64,000 nucleotides of DNA from Schmidtea nova (lineage: Eukaryota). The position numbers and the translations under genes are program-made. The notes under the pieces are model-generated. The model was not told the origin of the DNA, did no database searches, and was given only the letters and a program-made list of their open reading frames with translations. Positions 12,864-24,359 of this stretch are shown here, piece after piece; the first letter of the stretch is position 1; each line of letters opens with the position of its first letter. The stretch covers positions 128,960,001 to 129,024,000 of the forward strand of contig CM097884.1 in NCBI GenBank assembly GCA_044892505.1, given 5' to 3'.

Positions 12864-13573
12864 TATGTTGAATTTACTGAGTTGGCGTTTTTCTATTATT
12901 AAATCAAAAAATAACAAATTTTATTTTCACAAAAAATACATGAATTCTGACAAATGATTGCATTGTAACTTCATTCGAATAAATCTTTGGGTAAACTTTC
13001 CTTTGCACAATGATTAATTAATACGGTTTTAAATACAACTCAAATTTCACTACTCAAATTCTTTAAGTAAATAAAAATAATTTTTATCTTACTACTGCTA
13101 TTGTGTCTATGAAAATTGGGAATTTTGTTTTCAAAAATTATGAATTATGTCGTTATTTGATAAGTGAATGATTTGCATTTGTATCTCTTGGGACCTATTC
13201 TATTTAAAATTATTAGATTAGTTTAAAATATTTCATTCTCTACATTGTCCTACTCTTTTCACCGGAAAAAATATAAGTGCTGAGTTTTCTATGTTATACT
13301 CAACTTTATGTCCTATATAAATAATAAAACAAACGCTGGTTCGAGAAAAAGTTATTAAATAACAACATTTTTATATACTATTTGCACTATATATAATCTA
13401 TATTTACTTGACTTACTATAATCAAATGTTAAAATGTCAAATATTAGATAGGACTTATCGGGGTTGCAACTTTCATTGCCGATGCCCCTAAAATAAAAGT
13501 TAATAAGATGAAATATGCAATAAACATTTATTTAAAAGATATCTTCTTTAGCTGGTTAAAATTTTGCTTCTAG

Positions 13574-13664
13574 TAAAATGTTAAAATTCTGCTTGTTGAA
13601 ATGTTGAAATTCTGCTTATTTAAAATGTTGAAATTCTGCTTATTAAATATGTTGAAATTCTGCT
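13574..13664. repeat. Minisatellite, ~4 copies of ATGTTGAAATTCTGCT(TATTAAA)
   Basis: Direct reading of the sequence. Confidence 0.7.
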
Positions 13665-13774
13665 GCGTTATAAATTTTCTGCGTTTTAAATTTCAATTCG
13701 TTATCTTCTGCTGTTCTTTTAAACAAAACTTATATATATCTACTTATTTTAATTTAATATAGATATGTATATAT

Positions 13775-14365
13775 CAGTGTTGTCCAAACTGTGTGCCGTG
13801 AAATTTTTTTAAAAAAAGTCAAAAAAACCCTGTTTTTCCAAACAACTTAATAAAAGTAAATTGTGGATATTTTAACAGTTATTTCAAAGTATAAATGATA
13901 ATCAGTCAATTAAGTGCGAAATTTATTTGTTTACAATTATATTTATATTTCTTACTAGAAATATTGACTATCTAAAATACTGTGAACTAGAATACTCTGT
14001 GAACTGGGATTTTCAACTCTTACCACAATTAAATCAAAAAAGAGGGAACGTATGGTTAACATTGATCAAGAATTAAGAGTTTGTTTGTCAAAAGTTCCAC
14101 CACGATTGGAACTTATTTGTTCGGAACATCAAGCACATAAATCTCATTAACTATGTTTTATGAATTTTTCATTCACTAATTTTTCTAAATTTCAAATTTT
14201 TTACATTAAATTTATTTCAAGTAAATAAGTTTTTCATATCTTATTAAAAGACTAGTAAAAGTGCAATAAAAAATTGCAAATAAAGCAAAAAAAAAATTAG
14301 GTGTGCCGCGAAAATTTTAAATTCAGCCAAGTGTGCCGTGGCTCAAAAAAGTTTGGACAACACTG
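13775..14365 (+). mobile_element. Internally deleted hAT element, Buster/Charlie type (591 bp)
   Basis: 15-bp TIR CAGTGTTGTCCAAAC; 8-bp TSD GTATATAT (13767-13774, 14366-14373) with central TA; retains transposase C-terminus CELGFSTLTTIKSKKRER...ELRVCLSKVPPRLELICSEHQAHKSH*. Confidence 0.92.
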
Positions 14366-15619
14366 GTATATATAATATATTAAAATTAGTAAAAATATAA
14401 ATAAATATATATATGACGAAGGCACTGCTTGATTAAAAGATATATTAATTCTTGAATTTGATCAATTACTTACTAATGAAATCTTTATTTAACTGAAAGA
14501 AAGTTTAATGTTTTATGTACTAAAACTGATTTAACTTTGATATTTCATACTCATATTTCATACTTAGTCAAATTATTTGAAAATCAAAATATTTCATTCT
14601 TAAATATAGTCAAAATATTTCATACCTAAAACCGAATGAATCTTACGAATTAAAAATATCATTGCAGTAAATAAACTATAATTTAAAAGAAATTTATCAT
14701 TACCACCATTTTCTCTATTATCGACATTCAAGTTATTAGTTGACTAAATATACTAAGTTAAATATTAAATACCATTTTCTTCCTCATTTTCTAAAATCGA
14801 ATTCCCAATTTAATTATTGATATTACCTAAATTAATAATAAATAATAATAAATTAAAAAATAAATTTACCATTTTATTTGCCACTTCGTTTTTCGCTCAT
14901 AATTTTTTTTCAAGAAGCCAACTGTAGTGCCTCGGATTTTTCAATTTAATTAGGACATTAATTTAATAATTAAATTATTAATTTAGTATGATATTAAATA
15001 AACGTATTTTTCCTTTTGTTTAAAATAATCAAATACGCTCCATTTTGCAAATTAAAAAAGAAACCAACTTGAAGAACATACTCCAAGAAAAATTCACAAT
15101 GATCAAATCAAAATCGAAAATGAAATCAAATGAAATATTTTCAAATCCAAACGTTGCGACAAATCAGAGATCTGGGGAATACCGAGTGGAAAAAATCTAT
15201 CTGAATCGAATACTTATAAACTATCGGATTGTGTCAGTAACAATCATCAGTCATTGAATACGGGAATTATTTCATCTTCATTTCAGTTATGTACTCAGTC
15301 TGGAATGGCAAATGCTCATTTACTCCAACAATTTCAAAACAATCCCCAATATTTCTCGTTGCTAAACATTCCTAATGAGTCTTCAATTTTTAGTGACTGC
15401 AATATGAGTCAGGTTAATGAATTTTTCGATGTTGGTCTAATGGATAACAATCAGAACCAATAAGGAATTCAACCAAAAACCATTGAATCCCAAACACAAT
15501 ATGTGTAATGTGCAAACAATGCCGAATCCCAGCACAATCAATAAAAATCAACAAGTTATGCTGTCAAAAATTTGCGATTACAAAATCCAAGGATTTCGTT
15601 CATCAACTATTGTAGATTG

Positions 15620-16014
15620 GAATATAATGTTAATTCTTAATCTTTTCCTTTCCCTACATCAACAAAGATAAAGAATTTAATAATTTATTTACAAAGATTT
15701 CTAGACATGTTGGAGTTACAGTTATATTCATTACATAAAATCTTTTCCAACATGGTGCAATTCATCGAACATGTAATTTGAATGTATATTATCTGGTTAT
15801 TTTTAAAAACCTAAGAGATGCAACGGTTATAGATTTTCTTGCAAGACAAGCATATCCAAACAATAGAAAATTTCTACTTGAAACATTCCAAGATGCTACT
15901 AAAATTCCTAATGGATATATTTTTCTAAACTTTACTCAGAAATCCTCAGATGATTTACGAGCCAGAACTGATATATTTAACAAGAACAGTGTGACTATAT
16001 ATAAACAAAGTTGA
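15620..16014 (+). pseudogene. Maverick packaging ATPase (A32/FtsK-like), C-terminal part
   Basis: LFTKISRH...IFIT*NLFQHG...LNVYYLVIFKNLRD...LARQAYP...DATKIPNGYIF...RTDIF matches the C-terminal half of Polinton ATPases. Confidence 0.8.
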
Positions 16015-16214
16015 ATAAATAAAATGAATTATGAAATTGTCATTTCAAACATTCGTTTTCAAACCTGCAAAGAAAATTAATTTAAAGAATTTAATTAGAA
16101 AACAAAAGAAGAAAAAGATTTCAAACATAGTTACTCCAAAAACAAGTTATACACCTCCAAAAGAGTACGGAATATCCAGCAAACAACGTATAGAGTTCAA
16201 AATATCGAAATAAA

Positions 16215-16548
16215 TTAAAATTACTCGAAGCTTACCGTATTTTAAATCGTTGCTAAAGGTACGGAAACAATTGACAATGACTATTTTACAATCATTTCCT
16301 ACATTTGTGATTGATGAATTACTTGACATTATAATGAAAGTTGTATATGGAAACGCGAACATTAGCAGTGCCAAAAACAAGTTTTGAAAAAACACAAGAA
16401 ATCTCTTTTATCTCTTGTAAATAGCAAAAACAGGAAACAAATGAGAAAGATAATGTATAAACAACATGGAGGATTTACTGCAGCATTGATTCCGCTTGCA
16501 TTATCATTATTGGATGAAGCAGGTTTATTAAGTAATTCGAAAACATAA
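16215..16548 (+). pseudogene. Small basic Polinton protein ending in a Q-x-GGF hydrophobic helix (adenovirus pX-like tail)
   Basis: ...IIMKVVYGNANI... then a frameshift, then LKKHKKSLLSL...MYKQHGGFTAALIPLALSLL; lies between ATPase and integrase. Confidence 0.55.
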
Positions 16549-16619
16549 GCAATGGGCGCTAGTCCTTTGTTACCAAATTTCAAGTTTGATTTTAAATCAA
16601 ATTGTTGCATTGGAGCAAA

Positions 16620-17520
16620 TATAAACAAATCCTAAAGATCCATTCTATTTCGGCGGAGTAAAAAAGTTAAAGAAGGCTGTTCCAAACTCAAAGAAAGAGA
16701 CTCAAACATGATTGTCAAACCAATTGGCATACAGTCTAAATAAACCAATGTTGAAAAGATTTCCTACAAGAGCCTATAAAACATTCGGAATTGATGATTT
16801 GTGGCAATTAGATTTGATGGAAATGATTCCATACTCAAAATTTAACAAAGGTTTCACGTATATTCTAACATGCATTGATGTTTTTAGTCGGTTTGCAAGA
16901 GCCATTCCAGTAAAATCAAAATCTGCAAATGAAATGTCATTAGCAATCAACAAGTTATTTGCTGATGGTCACCCTGATAATTTACAAACATATTTGTGTA
17001 AAGAGTTCTACAACAGTCAACTGAAACAAATTCTAAAATAAAATCATGTAAATCATTATACTGTTCATTCCCAGTACAAGGCAGCACATGTTGAACGTTT
17101 TAATTGTACATTACGTGATAAATTGAAAAGGTATTTTGTACATCAAGGTAATAAAACATGGATAAATGTTTTACCAAAAGTTGTACATTCATATAATAAT
17201 TCATCACATCGTGGATTGAATGAATTGAAACCAATTGATGTTTCATCAGATAATCAAGTAAACTTGTTTTGTCTCGTAAAAACCCAAAAGTAAAAAAACT
17301 AAAGTATAAAATCGGAGAATATGTACGAATATCAAAAAGTATGCTTCACCATTCACTAAAAACTTTGACTCAAATTGAAGTGATGAAGTATTTCAAATTT
17401 CAAAGATTAATACAAAACAGAGTCCTGTCATGTATATCATTAAAGATTATGACAACAATGAAATTGTTGGGGAATTCTATGAACAAGAATCACAGGTTAT
17501 TCCACCAATACAATCTATTT
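16620..17520 (+). pseudogene. Maverick retroviral-like (c-)integrase
   Basis: DDLWQLDL, YILTCIDVFSRFA, QTYLCKEF (second D lost), AHVERFNCTLRDKL, then YKIGEYVRISK; stops at 17038 and later frameshifts. Confidence 0.9.
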
Positions 17521-17639
17521 GAAAAGAAATTGGGAGGTGGCGTTGTTAGACTTCCCGGTATTCCGAAGAAATTCAAAGGTTCCAAACCATTATGTGCTAT
17601 AATTTTGGCTCGAAATTGCTTAAAATAGTCTGCTAACAG

Positions 17640-18350
17640 CTATACATCTCACTTCATGTATATCATCATGTAGTCAAATCATGATTCGCGTCTAGTATTT
17701 CTCCATATATTCTGGGCTTTTTCATAATCATCTTCAGTCACTCCATTGCATTTCGGTGGCAACTCAAAGATTTCTTGAAGTATTTCCAAATTTTTTGCAA
17801 AGTCAAATAGAAAAATACCCCTTGAGTCTACAATTGACCATTGAAAGACATAATTTGTTAAGGGTAAGCTCGTCAAAGTCTTCACTGCTCAAGCTATCGA
17901 TTCACTTATAAACTGGTATCAATCTATGAATTTTATTGTCATTTTCTTGCAATCAGCAATAAGCGTGAGAAATTTCTCACATGTTGTCGAAATACAACTA
18001 ATGCTCCAATTGCGAAACTTATTTAATCCGTATTTAATCCGCATATCATAACCTTTGAGGTTATGAAATACAACCGGTAGTGATTTTCTAACTTTTCGCG
18101 AGAGATTGTATTTGTTGCAAGCTGATCTTAAGTACTTTCCCCTTAAATGATCGTGATCATGAACCAAATTAATACGAGTTTAATAAATATATGTCCAGAA
18201 CACCTACTGATCTCTGTATACTTTATGACTATGAAATTAATTTCTAGTATATGATTCAAATGCCAACTACTTCCCATCGTAGTTCTTATTGTTATCTTTT
18301 CATTTAAAGATTTTATTCCCTCATCCAGAAAGTTTGGTGACATCTCTGCA
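17640..18350 (-). pseudogene. Protein-primed family B DNA polymerase, internally deleted fragments
   Basis: GSSWHLNHILEI..., VHDHDHLRGKYLRSACN...PVVFHNLKGYD, KFID, LPPK...EDDYEKAQNIW are Polinton pPolB N-terminal/exonuclease motifs. Confidence 0.85.
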
Positions 18351-18573
18351 ACTCGATATGAGAGTCTTGCAGTCCTGATCTCAACATCTTTAACGAATTC
18401 TGCCTATATGCCAAATTGTACCTTACCTTTTTCAATTCTGATAGGCAAATTTTCAGTTTGGCTTTTAATGAATCAGTAATAATTATTTCTTGTAAATTAT
18501 ATCTTGAAATGTCCAAGAAAATAATTTGATGGGGTCTATATAAATCACATTCATTTTCGGGTTTTTTATCTAT

Positions 18574-19520
18574 TCAAGCTCCAGTTTGTATAAATGTTTC
18601 ATCCATTAAAGAGTATCTCTCTGCATACTCTGTAGATTCGCTTTCGATATCAAAATCAGTTATTTCGTCCACTATTTCAAAGTTTAACCAATCTTCTCGA
18701 ATTGCCTCTTCTTCAGCATTGTTTTCGAACCAACATTGGTTTGTATAATGGCCAATTTCTTTACAATTTTCACATTTCATAATTCTAGATCTCTCGATCT
18801 ATTCATGCTGACCTCGTTTCTCCATTTTGGCTATGGACTTTCATATCGCTGAAATCTGTTTTCTAACTTCCAATTGTTCTGCATTAGGGGAATTTATTTT
18901 TCTCTTTTCACTGGCATCGTCACAAATACACTAGCCTTATCTTTAGAACTTTTTTAATTTAATTCAATTTTCATGGCTTTTTTGACTAGCTCGTCGAAAT
19001 TGTCATAATCTACATAGCACAATGTCGTTTTTATCTCTTTATTTATTCTTGACAAAAATTAGTCTTGGATTAATTCTTGCATTTGTTGAGCTAAACCTGG
19101 TTGCTTTGTATCTTCCTGGAATGATGAGTGTCGTCAGATGATATTCGAATTCACTCACTGTTTCGTTTGGATTCTAAACTCTACTATAGAACTTTTAGCG
19201 CATCAATCTTTTGATGTCTCCTCCAATAAGTTTTACAGACAACGCATCTTTCAACTTTGCCCAATCATTGCCAATAAGTTTTTATCAATCTGTTGCCACA
19301 CCTGCCTTGCTGCCATTTTAAGGTACAGGGGTAATCTCTGAATCATAATCGCTTAAGACCATCCGTATGCCGTTGCATACATATAATAATCGCTCATGAA
19401 ATCAACAAAAGCAACTGGATCTCCACCATATTGTTCTACTGGTAATCGTTGACAACTAACAAAGTCATTATCTTACTTGATAACCGAGCCTGGCAAATAT
19501 TCATTACTCATTATAGGTTC
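18574..19520 (-). pseudogene. Retrotransposon gag with CCHC zinc knuckle, no pol
   Basis: Manual translation: YGGDPVAFVDFMSDY..YATAYGWS...QRLPLYLK.AARQVW...NETVSEF...FDELVKKAMKIE, then CENCKEIGHYTNQC (~18735-18775). Confidence 0.7.
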
Positions 19521-19769
19521 TCTTTAACTCTGGCTTCGTAAATTATATCGACTCACTTTAACAGATTACTCTCTCAAATTGCACAAAATCTAAATTTCAA
19601 AATTATTAACACAATTAATAATTTACCCCTCATTTAAAACAATTTATTTTCACCAACTTTGATTCACCTCAGATAAAATCAAAATGGTTTTATTCGACTT
19701 TTGATCACTTTGATCACGTCATATTATGGCACTAATATTTTGATTCGATACTCTTTTCACAAACGTTTG

Positions 19770-19787
19770 ATCACGTCGGGCTCACCA
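19770..19787 (-). promoter_or_regulatory. tRNA-Trp primer binding site
   Basis: Minus strand TGGTGAGCCCGACGTGAT, 17/18 identical to the canonical tRNA-Trp PBS TGGTGACCCCGACGTGAT; upstream of the gag in the correct orientation. Confidence 0.85.
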
Positions 19788-22744
19788 AAATATTTGGGCT
19801 TCTGGATCGTTGGTGAAATTAAAGGTGTGTCTTTCCGTGACCCACAAATAAAGATACACAACCGGAAATTTTTATTTATAATCAAAAATTTTTTTAATCA
19901 CAATGTACTGTCTACTCAACAATCTAAAACTCGTGCGATTACGATCACTGATTGGATTTATTCAATGGCTATTAATACGGTCTGTTGCCTCTTTGACTTG
20001 GATTGTCTGTTGGCCTTTGCTTTGTTACGAAATTCGGTTCTTTCTCTTTTCTCCAATAAGTTTTCTGAATTTAGTTTCTCTTTAATAACTTCTCTTCAAT
20101 AACTTCTCTCAACAGCTTTTCTTAATAATTCTTGTAAAATTTTACACAATTCTCCCCTGATACTCTTTTGTGAATTTCCCACCACAGCAATTACTTCTTT
20201 CACATTGTGCCGTCTCTTTTATTGTTCGTCAACTTGTGACTCTTCAGCTTATCATCTTGTTTTTCCTCATTTGTATTCCATATTTTCTTTTCACTTTTGT
20301 GCTATCTCTGACAGCTGTCAAGATATGCGATATTTTTCTCTTTTTCCTCTTCGCTTTTTCCCATCGCACTCTGTTTTCTCTGACAGGCTGTCGAGATAAG
20401 AATTTGTTGTTTTCATGATTCCTTTTCCCGTTTTGTACTTTTTAATTAACTTTTACCTTTATTTTCTTCCTTGTTTAATTCTTTTTTTTAAACTATTTTT
20501 TTCTCATTTTTCGATTTTTTGCTCTTTGCTCTTTTTTCCTGGATTGCCTACTCTAGTCGATCAATTTTCCCCCAAGTAATTTTATATATTTATGTCATAA
20601 TTTGTTTTTCAGGTATCCTCAACTCAATTATGAAAATTATTGATATAATAAAAAGAGGTCAAAGGTTTAACCAAAAGATGATAATGATAAAAAGGAATAA
20701 ATTAAAATTAATATAGTTTTATTATTTTACGAAAGCAAAAAAAATCTCTGATAAATAAAAATTTATTTATGACTCAACCAAATAATTATGATGATTTGCC
20801 AAAATGTAAATTTTATGAAAATCAAAATTATTATTTATTCGTTAATAAAAATTGCATTTTGAATTTTTTTGTTTTTATAAACTTCGTATTTAACATAAAA
20901 AATACACATCTACAGACAATAACATTTTTAAAGGTGACTCAGTTGGGCTCTACAAATATTTATGAATACCGCCTCACGATATAATTACATCTGTAATGAG
21001 TAACAACTATTCGATATCATTTCATATTTTCAGACAATATTTCAAAGCATTTTTTTGCATCTGTTGTCTGAAAACATGAATATAAACGAAATCGTAAAAA
21101 AGTCAAAGGAGAAAATAAAAGATTCTATTAAAATAATTCGATATACATACAGTAACAACTGGGAAATTATCGATTTACGTCAATATATTAAAACAACCAT
21201 AAACAATTAAAAATAGTTGCCAAAGAGATATAATAAAATCCCGATTTGTAATTGCAAATGAATAAATTTGATACAGCCTATCAATATCATAAATTTATTC
21301 ATATATTTTATTAGATATATAGAAATCTCTTGTGCTTTGTCCTATCTGTCCATTATAATAGTTGATTGCTCACAAACAATGAAATCCAACCTGTTCAATA
21401 AAACAACAGTTCAATTTTAAAATTTATCATTTAATTTGATGATTTTAAACTTTCAATTTTAAGAATCTACTTCAATAACAGAATAAGTGCCATTGAAAAA
21501 TTAAGTCGATCAGACAAGAACGTTAATTAAAATAATTGATACTCAATTCTTGGTTTTATTTTTATTCGTTTGAAAATCAAACAACACAACTATCAAATTT
21601 TTAATTTCTTTAAACCAAATTTTTTTTAAAAACGTATTCAATTTCCAATTAATTTATTTCAATTAAACATAAAAACAATATTTTCATGTCAATATTACAA
21701 TAAAATTGTCATAAATTGAAAGACATTAAAAATTGAAATTCTATTGGCTATCAAACCGACCAATTACATTGATACATCAGCCATATATTAGTCAAATTAA
21801 TTTTTATATTAATGACAAAGACGAATTTTAATTTAACTAGTTATTTTTATTTCTTTAAAAAAGGAAACTGTTGAATGATTCAAATTTCCTTAAAATACAA
21901 AATTATCGATTGGATTCTTAATTATTCCTTTTGTGGTTCTGGTTAATTTATACATTATTAAAGTGAGTTGTTATTATATTTTTGATATTACAATATTAAA
22001 TAGAAATTTATTATTTTTTGTTTTAAATCCAATACTTTTTCATTATGTAATTATAAATGGTAATGGACAAAAAAAATTGTTATTCCAAACGATAATTGAA
22101 TAAAATAAAAGCAATATTTACTTGTTTAGATTTATGTAAATATTCCATCTTTGTGTCACGTTTAGTTATTTGTTTAACCTTTACAATGTAACTGAAAATA
22201 TGTTTGCTTAAATCAACGGTTTCTTATTTTTTCAATAAATGGAAATTCATTTTTCATAACAATAATAATATCAAACTAAAAGGCATTTTTATCAATTTTC
22301 AAATCGATCTTGATAATAAATTTGAATGATATTTGAATTTTGTCAAGTATTTTTACCAAATATAATTTGAAGGTATAATAACTATTTTCAAATTGAATTA
22401 ATTGACATTATTTTGCTGGTTCTTTCCTTTTTGATATTACAAATTATTTGTGGATTTTAATTGTAAATTTTACAATTGATCTTGATGTGTTGCAATAGAC
22501 ATGATTGTAAAACATAGTTTAAATTAGGGACTCATAGTTATTTAAATATTTTCAATAATAACATTTGAAGTTTATGTAGTTGAGAATTATTTTGTATATT
22601 TTATTACTATTATGATATTAAGAATAAAAATAATATAATACTAAAACGTTTTTTACCTTATTTAATTATTTTTTTCATTATGTTATCATTAAAATTTTAC
22701 TTCAGCAATTAATATTTTCCCAAAATATTCCCAAAATTAAGGAA

Positions 22745-23148
22745 AATAATACACACATGTAGGAGTACACTTTTTAAATGACACAATCTCAAAAATATAT
22801 TTCTTCTGTCAAAGTAGTGTTGCTAGCAATGTATAACGAAGTAGCTCCCAAATAACTCATGGTAAAAGACGGGTTAATAATAGAATATAATAATAAAACT
22901 AAATAAAAAATATATATAGTTTTATTATTTAAAAAAAATATACGTGAGTTATTTAATTTACTTACTTTTTTATTTTACAATATTGATGATATTTTTCATT
23001 ATTCGGTGGCAGTGCAGAATTCGACCACAATTATTTAATTATTTTTTAATAATAAAATTTAATAATGTTTTTATGCAGTTGGGTTTTTAAAGCAATATTT
23101 GATAATGATACTTACATTTATTTATTATTTCATTATTATTACGATGTA

Positions 23149-23232
<84 letters not shown>

Positions 23233-23949
23233 AATGATAAATAATAATAATAAATAATCTGTTAAATAAAAATTGCAATTTATTCAACATTTATTCAATT
23301 TATTCAGCTGTCATCAGGCTTTAAACAAATTCAATAAATAAAATTTGATCCTATTTATACATTTATTAGTAATTACATTATCATATTTACATAATCCAAT
23401 AAAACTTTTATTAACCCTAGTAAAATTAATTAAAAACTCTCAAAATGCATGTAGATATTGGATTTTGTATGTTTATTTTAGGATTCAATGATTTTATCAT
23501 CGAAGCCTCACAATTCACACTTTCACAATAATACACACATGTAGGAGTACACTTTTTAAATGACACAATCTCAAAAATATATTTCTTCTGTCAAAGTAGT
23601 GTTGCTAGCAATATATAACGAAGTAGCTCCCAAATAACTCATGGTAAAAGACGGGTTAATAATAGAATATAATAATAAAACTAAATAAAAAATATATATA
23701 GTTTTATTATTTAAAAAAAATATCTGTGAGTTATTTAATTTACTTACTTTTTTATTTTACAATATTGATGATATTTTTCATTATTCGGTGGCAGTGCAGA
23801 ATTCGACCACAATTATTTAATTATTTTTTAATAATAAAATTTAATAATGTTTTTATGCAGTTGGGTTTTTAAAGCAATATTTGATAATGATACTTACATT
23901 TATTTATTATTTCATTATTATTACGATGTATTTGATGATGATGATGATC

Positions 23950-23998
<49 letters not shown>

Positions 23999-24293
23999 TA
24001 AATAATAATAATAAATAATCTGTTAAATAAAAATTGCAATTTATTCAACATTTATTCAATTTATTCAGCTGTCATCAAGCTTTAAACAAATTCAATAAAT
24101 AAAATTTGATCCTATTTATACATTTATTAGTAATTACATAATCATATTTACACAATCCAATAAAACTTTTATTAACCCTAGTAAAATTAATTAAAAACTC
24201 TCAAAATGCATGTAGATATTGGATTTTGTATGTTTATTTTAGGATTCAATGATTTTATCATCGAAGCCTCACAATTCACACTTTCACAATAAT
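22745..24293. repeat. Tandem duplication of a ~780-bp segment (copy 1 starts 22745, copy 2 starts 23527)
   Basis: Near-identical copies, each with a (GAT)n(AAT)n microsatellite and a minus-strand PLE family A 3' end; a few substitutions and different repeat lengths. Confidence 0.95.
23270..23532 (-). mobile_element. PLE family A 3' fragment with collapsed hammerhead
   Basis: Reverse complement matches the family A 3' end; ...AAAGC CUGAUGA CAGCU GAAU... with stem II deleted. Confidence 0.75.
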
Positions 24294-24330
24294 TTTTAAA
24301 ACCCCTAGACAATAGTTTGGAATTGGAATT
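24035..24330 (-). mobile_element. PLE family A 3' fragment (duplicate copy), back-to-back with the long plus-strand copy
   Basis: As 23270-23532, but extends further into the endonuclease-coding end (CTAGGGGTTTTAAAAATTATT). Confidence 0.75.
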
Positions 24331-24359
24331 TAAATTCACGTTGTTTAAGTTCAAAAATT

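Larger units (their letters stand above)
12578..12906. repeat. 154-bp near-perfect inverted repeat (arms 12578-12731 and 12753-12906, 21-bp spacer), head-to-head PLE-type termini (family C)
   Basis: Arms are reverse complements with two mismatches by eye; each arm contains a hammerhead. Confidence 0.95.
15620..18520. mobile_element. Maverick/Polinton remnant
   Basis: ATPase, small conserved ORF and integrase on +, convergent protein-primed PolB on -; no TIRs or capsid genes seen. Confidence 0.88.

Noticed and set aside
23869-24051. ORF with poly-Tyr and poly-His tracts
   Set aside because: It is the antisense reading of an (AAT)n/(GAT)n microsatellite.
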